Assembly (NCBI GenBank): GCA_015491815.1 | Contig: WFVC01000038.1 | Coordinates: 2,095 to 66,094, forward strand | Length of the DNA stretch: 64,000 nucleotides | Reading direction: 5' to 3' | Origin: Gammaproteobacteria bacterium | Lineage (GTDB): Bacteria > Pseudomonadota > Gammaproteobacteria > UBA6429 > Thiohalophilaceae | Shown: positions 49,680-57,982 of the stretch, in pieces | Layout of the letters: the number at the start of each line of letters is the position of its first letter | Position numbering within the stretch: position 1 is the first letter of the stretch | Notes under the pieces: model-generated | Told to the model about the DNA's origin: nothing | What the model saw: only the letters and a program-made list of their open reading frames with translations | The model's database searches: none | Translations under genes and position numbers: made by a program

Positions 49680-50779
49680 AAATATATATAAACAGATTAT
49701 TCATACTTCTTTTTATAGTTACCAGCATGCCTGTTTTTGCAGAAGAAACATCCTCTGAAGAAGCGCAGGGCATTCCTGAAATGACGCCTGCGCAACGTCA
49801 GGCAATGGGTATCGTCAGCGCTGCGGTCGGCTATCGTAGATTAAACAAAGAGATCATCGCCCCCGGTGAGGTAACGGTGAATATCTATCGCAGCTCTCAG
49901 GTCACCACGCGAATCCGCGCACAGATCATCAAACGATATGCGCGCATGGGGGATGAGGTCAAAGCCGGACAAAAATTGCTGACCCTCTCCAGTGTGGATA
50001 TGGCCGATGCGCAAAGCCGGCTGGTGGTTGCCGAGCGTGAATGGCAACGGGTGAAAAAACTGGGGCGCAAGGTGGTTTCCGAGCGGCGCTATGTTGAAGC
50101 ACAGGTTAATCGCCAGCAGGCCTATGCCAGCGTGCTGGCTTATGGCATGACCGAGGCGCAGATTAATGCTCTGCTGAAACAGGGGGACGCCTCCAGAGCC
50201 ACGGGCATGTTTGATCTCTTGAGTTCTCAGCAGGGAACGGTGATCAGCGATCACTTTGTAATCGGGCAGGTGGTTGAACCGGGTCAGGTGCTGATGGAGA
50301 TCAGTGATGAATCTCAGCTCTGGGTGGAAACCCAGATCAACCCTGTTGATGTCATCCACGTTAAAGCAGGCAATCCGGCGCGCATCAATCCCGGCGCGAA
50401 CGAATGGCTAAAGGGAAAAGTAGTACAGATTCATCGCCGTGTTGATGAAACCACGCGCACCCTGCCTGTACGCATTGAAGTCGATAACCGGCAGGATTTA
50501 TTGCGCCCCGGTCAATTTGTCAAAGTCGCCCTGCAAACATCGCTGAGTGCGCAGGTCATCGCCGCCCCCACCTCGGCGGTTACCCTGTTACAGGGGGAAC
50601 AGGTGGTGTTTGTTGTGCACGGCAATGAAATCAGCCCGCAACTGGTGGAAACCGGTGAAGTGCGTGGCGACTGGATTGAAATAAAAAACGGTCTAAAAAA
50701 AGATAGTGAGATTGTTGTCAAAGGCATGTTCTTGCTCAAGTCGCTGTTGTTGAAATCACAGATTGGCGATACCGATTAG
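49676..50779 (+). CDS. czcB: RND efflux periplasmic adaptor (CzcB/CusB-like)
   Basis: It has HlyD_D23/biotinyl-lipoyl-like motifs (…VKAGQKLLTLSS…, GQFVKVAL). Its start overlaps the czcC stop (ATGA). Confidence 0.8.
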   Translation: MKIYINRLFILLFIVTSMPVFAEETSSEEAQGIPEMTPAQRQAMGIVSAAVGYRRLNKEIIAPGEVTVNIYRSSQVTTRIRAQIIKRYARMGDEVKAGQKLLTLSSVDMADAQSRLVVAEREWQRVKKLGRKVVSERRYVEAQVNRQQAYASVLAYGMTEAQINALLKQGDASRATGMFDLLSSQQGTVISDHFVIGQVVEPGQVLMEISDESQLWVETQINPVDVIHVKAGNPARINPGANEWLKGKVVQIHRRVDETTRTLPVRIEVDNRQDLLRPGQFVKVALQTSLSAQVIAAPTSAVTLLQGEQVVFVVHGNEISPQLVETGEVRGDWIEIKNGLKKDSEIVVKGMFLLKSLLLKSQIGDTD

Positions 50780-50789
50780 GAGATGGAAC

Positions 50790-53700
50790 ATGTTAAATAA
50801 ACTGGTTGAAATATCTCTGCGCTATAAATTTCTGGTCATCGTTAGTTTTATGGTGGTGGCGTTTCTCGGCTGGCGTGCGGTCAACAGCATATCCATTGAC
50901 GCCTTTCCCGATGTTACGCCGGTGCAGGTCAATGTTTATACCGAAGCAGCAGGACTGGCGGCGGAGGATATCGAACAACTGCTGACTTTTCCGGTGGAGT
51001 CCGGCATGGCCGGCTTGCCGGGCGTGCAGGAAATACGGTCGGTGAGTCTGTTCGGTTTATCCTATGTGTCGGTCTATTTTGAAGACGGTATGGATATTTA
51101 TTTTGCCCGGCGGCTGGTGATGGAGCGCCTGCAGGAAATCGGTGATCGCATTCCGGAGGGCTACGGCACGCCGGAAATGGGTCCCAACACCTCGGGGCTG
51201 GGACAGGTATTCTGGTACACCGTTGAACGCGCCGATGAAAAACTCAATGCCGATATTTCCGATATGGATCTGCGCACGGTGCAGGACTGGAGCGTGCGCC
51301 TGATGTTGCGCACCGCGCCGGGAGTCGATGACGTCATGTCATGGGGCGGACAGGAGCGGCAGTTTCAGGTGGTGATTGATCCATTGAAACTGATTGAATA
51401 CGACCTGAGTTTTCGGGATATCATTGAATTACTGGAAACCAATAATCGTCAGGTCGGTGGCCAGTATATTAATCAGGGCGCCGAACAATATCTGGTGCGC
51501 GGTCTGGGGCTGGTAAAAGACGAAACCGATATCGGCAATATTGTGGTCAAGGTGGAAGACGGTACGCCCGTCTATCTGCGCGAGGTCGCAACGATTTCAC
51601 AACAACCGGCGCTGCGTTCAGGCGCGGTCACCCGTGATGGTAAAGAAGTGGTGCTGGGCATGGCGCTGGCGCGCATTGGTGAAAACGCCAAAAATGTTGT
51701 CGATAACGTAAAGGAAAAAATGGCGGTGGTTGAGTCCACCCTGCCCGAAGGCATGGTGGTCACCCCCATTTATGATCGCACCGATCTGGTGGAAAAAGCG
51801 GTCAATACCGCAGTCAGCGCGCTGGTGGAAGGTTCGATTCTGGTGGCCATTGTGCTGTTTCTGTTTCTGGGCGAGTTGCGTTCGGCGCTGGTGGTGATCG
51901 CCGCCCTGCCGCTGGCGATGCTCATCGCCTTTATTATGATGGGAGAAGCGGGTCTGAGCGCCAACCTGATGTCTCTGGCGGGACTGGCTATCGGCATTGG
52001 CATGATGGTCGATGGCGCGGTGGTGTTAACGGAAAACGCTTTCCGCATTATGGCCGAACGACGGGAAAAGGGAGAAAAGGTAAATCGAACGGCGGCGGTG
52101 CTCACTGCGGCGCAGGAAGTCGCCAACCCGGTTGCCTTCGCTATTTTAATTATCATCGTGGTGTTTTTGCCGTTGTTCAGTCTCAGCGGGCTGGAAGGCA
52201 AACTGTTCAAACCCATGGCCTTTAATATCAGCTTCGCCATGGCCGGTTCCCTGTTGCTGACCCTGACAATTATCCCGGTGCTGGCGGCCATGATTCTCAA
52301 ACCCAAAGAAGAACGGGACACCTGGCTGGTGAGCCGGATCAAACGCGCTTATCTGCCCACTCTGGCCTGGTCGTTGGCGAATAAAGGCAAGGTCGTTACC
52401 TCTGCGATTATCCTGTTGATCGCAAGTCTGGCGCTGTTTCCCTTACTGGGTAAGGAGTTTATGCCGCAGTTGCAGGAAGGCTCGATTATGTGGCGCATCG
52501 TCTCCATTCCCTCGACCTCGCTGGAAACAACGATTGAAATATCCAAAGACGTGGAAAAAGCCCTGAACGCCTTTCCCGAGGTGAACAGCACCATCGCCAT
52601 GATCGGCCGCGCCGAAAAAGGCGAAACCGCGGATGTGAATTACATGGAAATTTTTACCGATCTTAAACCCCATGATGAATGGGAAAATCCACGCAGCTAT
52701 GAGGCGCTGGCCGTAGAAATGCGTGAGCAACTGGAAAAAGTCGCGCCGACATCGGTGATCAGTTTCACCCAGCCGATCCAGATGCGGGTGGAAGAGCTGA
52801 TTTCCGGCGTGCGCGCCACGCTTGCGGTCAAACTCTACGGCGAAGATCTGACAGAGCTGGATCGCCTGAGTCAGAAAATTAAAACCGCGATTGCAAAGGT
52901 GCCGGGAGTGGCTGATCTTTCACTGGAAGCCAACTTGGGCAAACCCCAGATCCGCATTCAGGTTAACCGCGAAGCCCTGTCGCGCTATGGCATGAACGCC
53001 GATGAAGTGCTTACCGTGGTGCGCACCGGAATCGGCAACGATCCGGTTTCCAGTTTGATTCGGGGCATCAAACGATTTGATATTACCGTGCGCCTTGATG
53101 ATGCGGCCAAACTGTCGGTCGAGGCGATTCGAAATATTCCGCTGCGCACCAGCAATGGCGCCATTGTACCCCTGAAACAGGTGGCGGACATTTCAGTCGC
53201 CGAAGGTTATTCCTTTATTCGTCGTGAACAGTTACAGCGCTACGCGGTCATTCAAATGGACGTGCGCGGCCGCGATGTCGACGGTTTTGTCGCTGACGCC
53301 AACGCCATGATCAAACAGGAGATTGAGATGCCACCGGGCTACTGGCTGGAATGGGGCGGCGCGTTTGAAAATCAGCAGCGTGCGCTCAAGCGGCTGGCGC
53401 TGATTGTTCCACTGACGATTTTCTTTATTTTCGTGCTGCTCTACACCGCCTTTAACTCGGTGAAATACGCCACCCTGATTATCGCCAATGTGCCTTTCGC
53501 CACCATCGGCGGACTGGTGTCCCTGTTTATTACCGGGCAATACCTGTCGGTGCCCTCGGCCATCGGCTTTATCGCCGTATTCGGTGTGGCCATGCTCAAC
53601 GGCATCGTCCTGATCAGTTTTTTAAATGAACTTCAGGAAAAAGGACTGTCTGTAAGAGAGGCGGTGCGCAGGGGCGCGGAATTGAGATTGCGGCCGGTGA

Positions 53701-53885
53701 TGATGACCGCCAGCGTGGCGATTCTCGGTCTGATTCCCATGCTGCTGTCCACCGGAGTCGGCGCGGAAACCCAGCGACCATTGGCGACCGTGGTCGTGGG
53801 TGGATTGATTACCTCAACCCTGTTGACGCTCATATTGCTGCCGGTGATTTATGAGTGGATGGAAAGCCGTAGTAACCGGAAATAG
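50790..53885 (+). CDS. czcA: CusA/CzcA-family heavy-metal efflux RND pump
   Basis: It begins MLNKLVEISLRYKFLVIV..., has the 12-TM HME-RND architecture and …AIGIGMMVDGAVV…. The ATG at 50790 follows TAGGAGA. Confidence 0.9.
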   Translation: MLNKLVEISLRYKFLVIVSFMVVAFLGWRAVNSISIDAFPDVTPVQVNVYTEAAGLAAEDIEQLLTFPVESGMAGLPGVQEIRSVSLFGLSYVSVYFEDGMDIYFARRLVMERLQEIGDRIPEGYGTPEMGPNTSGLGQVFWYTVERADEKLNADISDMDLRTVQDWSVRLMLRTAPGVDDVMSWGGQERQFQVVIDPLKLIEYDLSFRDIIELLETNNRQVGGQYINQGAEQYLVRGLGLVKDETDIGNIVVKVEDGTPVYLREVATISQQPALRSGAVTRDGKEVVLGMALARIGENAKNVVDNVKEKMAVVESTLPEGMVVTPIYDRTDLVEKAVNTAVSALVEGSILVAIVLFLFLGELRSALVVIAALPLAMLIAFIMMGEAGLSANLMSLAGLAIGIGMMVDGAVVLTENAFRIMAERREKGEKVNRTAAVLTAAQEVANPVAFAILIIIVVFLPLFSLSGLEGKLFKPMAFNISFAMAGSLLLTLTIIPVLAAMILKPKEERDTWLVSRIKRAYLPTLAWSLANKGKVVTSAIILLIASLALFPLLGKEFMPQLQEGSIMWRIVSIPSTSLETTIEISKDVEKALNAFPEVNSTIAMIGRAEKGETADVNYMEIFTDLKPHDEWENPRSYEALAVEMREQLEKVAPTSVISFTQPIQMRVEELISGVRATLAVKLYGEDLTELDRLSQKIKTAIAKVPGVADLSLEANLGKPQIRIQVNREALSRYGMNADEVLTVVRTGIGNDPVSSLIRGIKRFDITVRLDDAAKLSVEAIRNIPLRTSNGAIVPLKQVADISVAEGYSFIRREQLQRYAVIQMDVRGRDVDGFVADANAMIKQEIEMPPGYWLEWGGAFENQQRALKRLALIVPLTIFFIFVLLYTAFNSVKYATLIIANVPFATIGGLVSLFITGQYLSVPSAIGFIAVFGVAMLNGIVLISFLNELQEKGLSVREAVRRGAELRLRPVMMTASVAILGLIPMLLSTGVGAETQRPLATVVVGGLITSTLLTLILLPVIYEWMESRSNRK

Positions 53886-53894
53886 ACGTTTATT

Positions 53895-54046
53895 TTTGGA
53901 ACCTATGATTAATTCCGTTCGCCCTGAGCTTGTCGAAGGGTGAACTATATAACATTATGATTTTACAATGCTTAGCGTTCATGGTTCGACCCTTCATCAG
54001 GCTCAGGACTTTACCACGAACGGCGGAATTAATCAGAGCTTCCTTT
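53895..54046. mobile_element. MITE copy E (~150 bp), same orientation as copy D, with degenerate termini
   Basis: TTGGAACCTATGATTAATTCCGTTCGCCCTGAGCTTGTCGAAGGG...CGAACGGCGGAATTAATCAGAGCTTCCTTTTA. It starts 10 nt after the czcA stop and ends 28 nt before the next ATG. Confidence 0.75.
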
Positions 54047-54073
54047 TATTTTAACTTTAGTGGAGAAAAGACA

Positions 54074-54361
54074 ATGAAAACATTTTATTTGTTAGCTGTA
54101 ATTTATCTGGGCGCGATCAGCAATCCGGTTTTTGCCGCACAGAATCATCAGAGCGAAAACTCAGGCATGGGCATGAAATCCTCCATGATGGAAGGCGGAA
54201 AAGCCTGCGATAAAATGCATAAGATGAATCCGGAGAAAATGCAGGGCATGATGAAAATGAAGAAAGAACACATGCAGAAAATGGAAACTCATCTGGCGAA
54301 TATCGAGAATCTTCTAAAACAGCTGGTGGAGCTGGAAAAGAAAAAATCTTCAAATCACTAA
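54074..54361 (+). CDS. Small exported Met/His/Lys-rich protein (putative periplasmic metal binder)
   Basis: The ATG at 54074 follows GGAGAAAAG. It has a signal peptide (AVIYLGAISNPVFA) and a mature part with about 16 Met (GMGMKSSMMEGG...KMHKMNPEKMQGMMKMKKEHMQKME). The track ORF start (53930) lies inside the MITE. Confidence 0.6.
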   Translation: MKTFYLLAVIYLGAISNPVFAAQNHQSENSGMGMKSSMMEGGKACDKMHKMNPEKMQGMMKMKKEHMQKMETHLANIENLLKQLVELEKKKSSNH

Positions 54362-54441
54362 TGCTGTAAGTTTATTCTGTTTACAGCATCCGGCTGCCAG
54401 GATATGAATCAGCCGGGTGCTTTATGAGACAAGGATTTATT

Positions 54442-54768
54442 ATGAAAGAAATCAAGGCCTTTATTCACCGTAATCGAATTACTGATGTTTTACATGCATT
54501 AAAAAATAAAAACTTTTGTTCCGGGCGTTGCAATCTGTCTATTAACGATGTAAGTGGAACCCTGCAGGCGCTGGATAAACAGGAACAGAACTTTTCCATC
54601 GAACTGGGTGAGAACATTATTACTGAAGTCAAACTGGAACTTATCTGTGAAGATGAACGCATTGATGAAGCCATCGCACTGATTCGCGACAATGCGCGAA
54701 CCGGCCAACCACTGTCAGGCTGGATCTATACTTCTGAGATCACAAATATCACGGCAATAGAAAATTAA
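54442..54768 (+). CDS. P-II (GlnB)-fold family protein, atypical (no canonical T-loop)
   Basis: MKEIKAFIHRNRITDVLHAL...EVKLELICEDERIDEAIALIRDNARTGQPLSGWIYTSEI parallels the P-II layout (MKKIEAII..., ...KIEIVV.D..V..V...I...ARTG..GDGKIFV). Confidence 0.6.
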   Translation: MKEIKAFIHRNRITDVLHALKNKNFCSGRCNLSINDVSGTLQALDKQEQNFSIELGENIITEVKLELICEDERIDEAIALIRDNARTGQPLSGWIYTSEITNITAIEN

Positions 54769-54814
54769 GCATTGCCTGAGATTATTATACAGTAGACTTA
54801 AAATGTAATGACGC

Positions 54815-55735
54815 CTACAAAACCCAGGTCACATTGAGCAGTATCGGGCTGCTCACTCCCTTGTGTATTCGACCTTCCATTAACAGAAAATACAGACTGG
54901 CGCCGAGATCAATCTGCCAGCCCTGTGCAGGATGTTTCACACTAAACCCAAGGCCAACAAAAGCATCGGGGATATGTTTGCCTTCACCGGCGCCGGATTG
55001 ATCAAAGCCATCATAACTAAGCCGCGCTGAAAAAGCCTGCCGCGGTGAAGGCCAGGCGGCAATAATGCGCGCCGAATACTTCAGCCTGCTTTGCTTTACC
55101 GGAAATTGCTGACGATAGGAAACATAAGGCGCCAGTGAAATATAGGTTGCCGCATAATCCACCACGCCAGAAAAATTAGCATCAAGTCCGATGCTATCGA
55201 AGGAAACCGCAAATTCACCAATATCAAAATATTCGAAAACCAGACCATACTGCCATGATTTTGTTTCATCGATTGCGCTGACTCTTGAAGCCGAAACGCC
55301 ATAATGTTCGGCATGACCACTGACACCGGTAACATTGACATTCAATGGTATGCCAAAGGGTGGATTTTTAATAAAGGCCGGATCGAAAACAGCCGGCCCG
55401 TTTTTGCCGCGAAACTGCAGAAAATCACCGAACAGTGAAAACAGATAACCACCACCTGCCGATGAGTCGGGCAGGAAATATTCCAGCCCCAGCATCAGCG
55501 TTGAAGTGTCGAAGCTGGTCGCGGATACCCGGTTAAACCCGGCCTGTAATCGTCGTTCACTGTTATTAAAATTATCCGGAACAGCCGGCAGCGACAGGTA
55601 ACGCGCATTCATCGGCGCTTCAAGGGCGTGCTCCGCTTCATAGCCGAGGCGCTCCCCCGCCGGCACAGCACTGGAAAACAGCATGCAGGCTATCAGCCAG
55701 ATTCTTTTATTGAGCCTCAATCTCAATATTCTCAT
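54815..55735 (-). CDS. Hypothetical exported protein, last gene of the HlyD/ABC-2 operon (possible outer-membrane beta-barrel)
   Basis: It has a signal peptide (IWLIACMLFSSAVPA) and alternating hydrophobic/polar stretches. Its ATG (55735) abuts the permease stop (55736-55738). Confidence 0.4.
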   Translation of the reverse strand: MRILRLRLNKRIWLIACMLFSSAVPAGERLGYEAEHALEAPMNARYLSLPAVPDNFNNSERRLQAGFNRVSATSFDTSTLMLGLEYFLPDSSAGGGYLFSLFGDFLQFRGKNGPAVFDPAFIKNPPFGIPLNVNVTGVSGHAEHYGVSASRVSAIDETKSWQYGLVFEYFDIGEFAVSFDSIGLDANFSGVVDYAATYISLAPYVSYRQQFPVKQSRLKYSARIIAAWPSPRQAFSARLSYDGFDQSGAGEGKHIPDAFVGLGFSVKHPAQGWQIDLGASLYFLLMEGRIHKGVSSPILLNVTWVL

Positions 55736-56848
55736 TTAATACATCCTGTGCCGGAACAACCAGCCGGAGAACGCCAGCGACACAATGCTAATCAATAACA
55801 TCGGCCAGTACTGATTGAACAACAGGCCATAGCTGTCACCTTCCAGAAATACGCCACGCACGATAATCAAAAAATAACGCAGCGGATCAAGATAGGTCAA
55901 CCATTGCACGACTTCAGGCATATTGGCGATAGGGGTGGAAAAGCCGGATAGAATAACCGCCGGCACCATAAATAAAAAAGCGCCGAGGATGGCCTGTTGC
56001 TGGGTAACCGCAATCGAGGAAATCATCAACCCCACACCTGTGCTGGAAAGTAAAAACAGCACAATGCCAAGATAGAGTGCGCCAATATCACCGCGCAACG
56101 GAATCTTGAACAACATGATCATGATGATAATAATGACAGTGGATTCAAGCAGACCGATGACGATACCCGGTATGGCCTTACCGATCAGAATTTCCACCGG
56201 TCGAATCGGCGTCACCAATAGTTGATCAAAGGTGCCTGCTTCACGTTCACGGGCAACCGACAGGGAGGTGACTAACAGGCTCACCACCAGCGTCAACAGG
56301 CAAACGATGCCGGGCACAATAAACCAGCGCGACTGCAGATTTTCGTTATACCAGTTGCGAACATCCAGCACGGTCTTCACACCGGCCTGCCCCTGTTTTT
56401 CCAGCCAGTTGCGATTGAAATCAAGCAGGATGGTGCGCAAATAATTCATCGCTGTCATCGCCGTATTTGAATTACGTCCGTCCAGAATCACCTGCATTGA
56501 AGTGCTTTGTCCCCGGCGCATATCGGCGCTGAAATGTGAATCGATATTCACCACCAGCAACACCGCCCGATTATCAATCAAGGGCGCAATCTCCGCCTCA
56601 TGATGAATGCGTTTGATAATGTGAAAGTTGGGAGAACCTTCGAGACGGCTGATCAACTCGTGGGACAGTGAACCGGCATCCCGGTTGTAAACTGCAACGG
56701 GAATATTATTAAGATCATAGGTCGCGGCAAAACTGAACATCAGCAATTGCACGATCGGCGGAATGATGATCACGATGCGACTGCGTTTATCCCGCAATAG
56801 AGCCAGAAACTCCTTGATGGCAAGCGCCATGATCAGTTCGAATTTCAT
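55736..56848 (-). CDS. ABC-2-type transporter permease (YbhR/YhhJ-like)
   Basis: 370 aa with one N-terminal TM, a large periplasmic loop and a C-terminal 5-TM ABC2_membrane domain. Confidence 0.8.
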   Translation of the reverse strand: MKFELIMALAIKEFLALLRDKRSRIVIIIPPIVQLLMFSFAATYDLNNIPVAVYNRDAGSLSHELISRLEGSPNFHIIKRIHHEAEIAPLIDNRAVLLVVNIDSHFSADMRRGQSTSMQVILDGRNSNTAMTAMNYLRTILLDFNRNWLEKQGQAGVKTVLDVRNWYNENLQSRWFIVPGIVCLLTLVVSLLVTSLSVAREREAGTFDQLLVTPIRPVEILIGKAIPGIVIGLLESTVIIIIMIMLFKIPLRGDIGALYLGIVLFLLSSTGVGLMISSIAVTQQQAILGAFLFMVPAVILSGFSTPIANMPEVVQWLTYLDPLRYFLIIVRGVFLEGDSYGLLFNQYWPMLLISIVSLAFSGWLFRHRMY

Positions 56849-56851
56849 CGA

Positions 56852-57982
56852 TTATTCCAGACGCTTGCGCGATTTTTTCCATACCAGGGTGAAGAAAAAA
56901 ATCAGCATCAAAAATAATGCGCCCATATTGGCGAGCACCACCGGCCAGACATCCCCGGCCAGAAACAGCGTTTGCAAAATGGCGACAAAATAACGCGCCG
57001 GGACAATATGAGTGATCACCTGAATGATCATCGGCATGGAGTTAATATCAAACAGAAAACCGGAAAGAATAAAAGCCGGCAGGAAAGTCACGATGATCGC
57101 AATCTGTCCGGCGACAAACTGGTTTTTCGCAATAATCGAAATCAGCAACCCAATCAGCAGGGCCACCAGCATGAACAGCGCCGAGGCCAGAATCAGCAAC
57201 CAGAAAGATCCGCGCAGGGGCACATCAAACTGCCATATCGCTAAAGCCACGCTGAACAACATGCCGCCCATGCCAAGAATAAAATAAGGGATCAACTTGC
57301 CGACCAGCATTTCGCTGATGCGCAGCGGCGTCACCATCAGCGCCTCCATTGTCCCCCGCTCCCATTCGCGCGCCACTACCAGCGCTGTCAACAGGGAGCC
57401 GATCAGCGTCATGATAATGGCCACCAGTCCCGGCACCAGAAACATCCGGCTGGAAAGCGCGGCATTGAACCAGACCCGTTGATCCAGCGCCACCGGCATC
57501 GGCAGAGCTTGCCCCTGTACTTCGGCAAAGTGCGTCAGCCAGGCCAGCCAGACTCCCTGAATATAACCCTGAGTGATGTTGGCCTGATTGGAATCCACAC
57601 CGTTGATGATCACGCCAATAGGAGCCTCTTGACCGGCGAGCAAGCTGCTGGAAAAATTATTTCGCAACCAGATGACAGCATCAATTTTGCGTTCGTCCAG
57701 CGCCTGTTGTGCTTCCTGAATCGCATTAAAATAATACGGTTTGAAAAATTCAGAACGTTCAAAGGAACCGGCAAGCGAATGGCTGAGAGTATCGGGCTGT
57801 TCGATTACGATTCCTAGCGGAATATCACTGGCGTCCAGCGAAACCCCATAGCCAAATAAAAACAGCAGCAGCACCGGCATCACAAAGGCGATAGAAATAC
57901 TGGAAGGATCGCGCAGGATTTGCCAGCTTTCCTTGCGAATCACGCCCAGCAATCGCATCCGCGCCGCGTGCTGCGCCTTCAT
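56852..57982 (-). CDS. ABC-2-type transporter permease (YbhS-like)
   Basis: It has the same architecture as its downstream paralogue, and its start overlaps the ATPase stop. Confidence 0.8.
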   Translation of the reverse strand: MKAQHAARMRLLGVIRKESWQILRDPSSISIAFVMPVLLLFLFGYGVSLDASDIPLGIVIEQPDTLSHSLAGSFERSEFFKPYYFNAIQEAQQALDERKIDAVIWLRNNFSSSLLAGQEAPIGVIINGVDSNQANITQGYIQGVWLAWLTHFAEVQGQALPMPVALDQRVWFNAALSSRMFLVPGLVAIIMTLIGSLLTALVVAREWERGTMEALMVTPLRISEMLVGKLIPYFILGMGGMLFSVALAIWQFDVPLRGSFWLLILASALFMLVALLIGLLISIIAKNQFVAGQIAIIVTFLPAFILSGFLFDINSMPMIIQVITHIVPARYFVAILQTLFLAGDVWPVVLANMGALFLMLIFFFTLVWKKSRKRLE

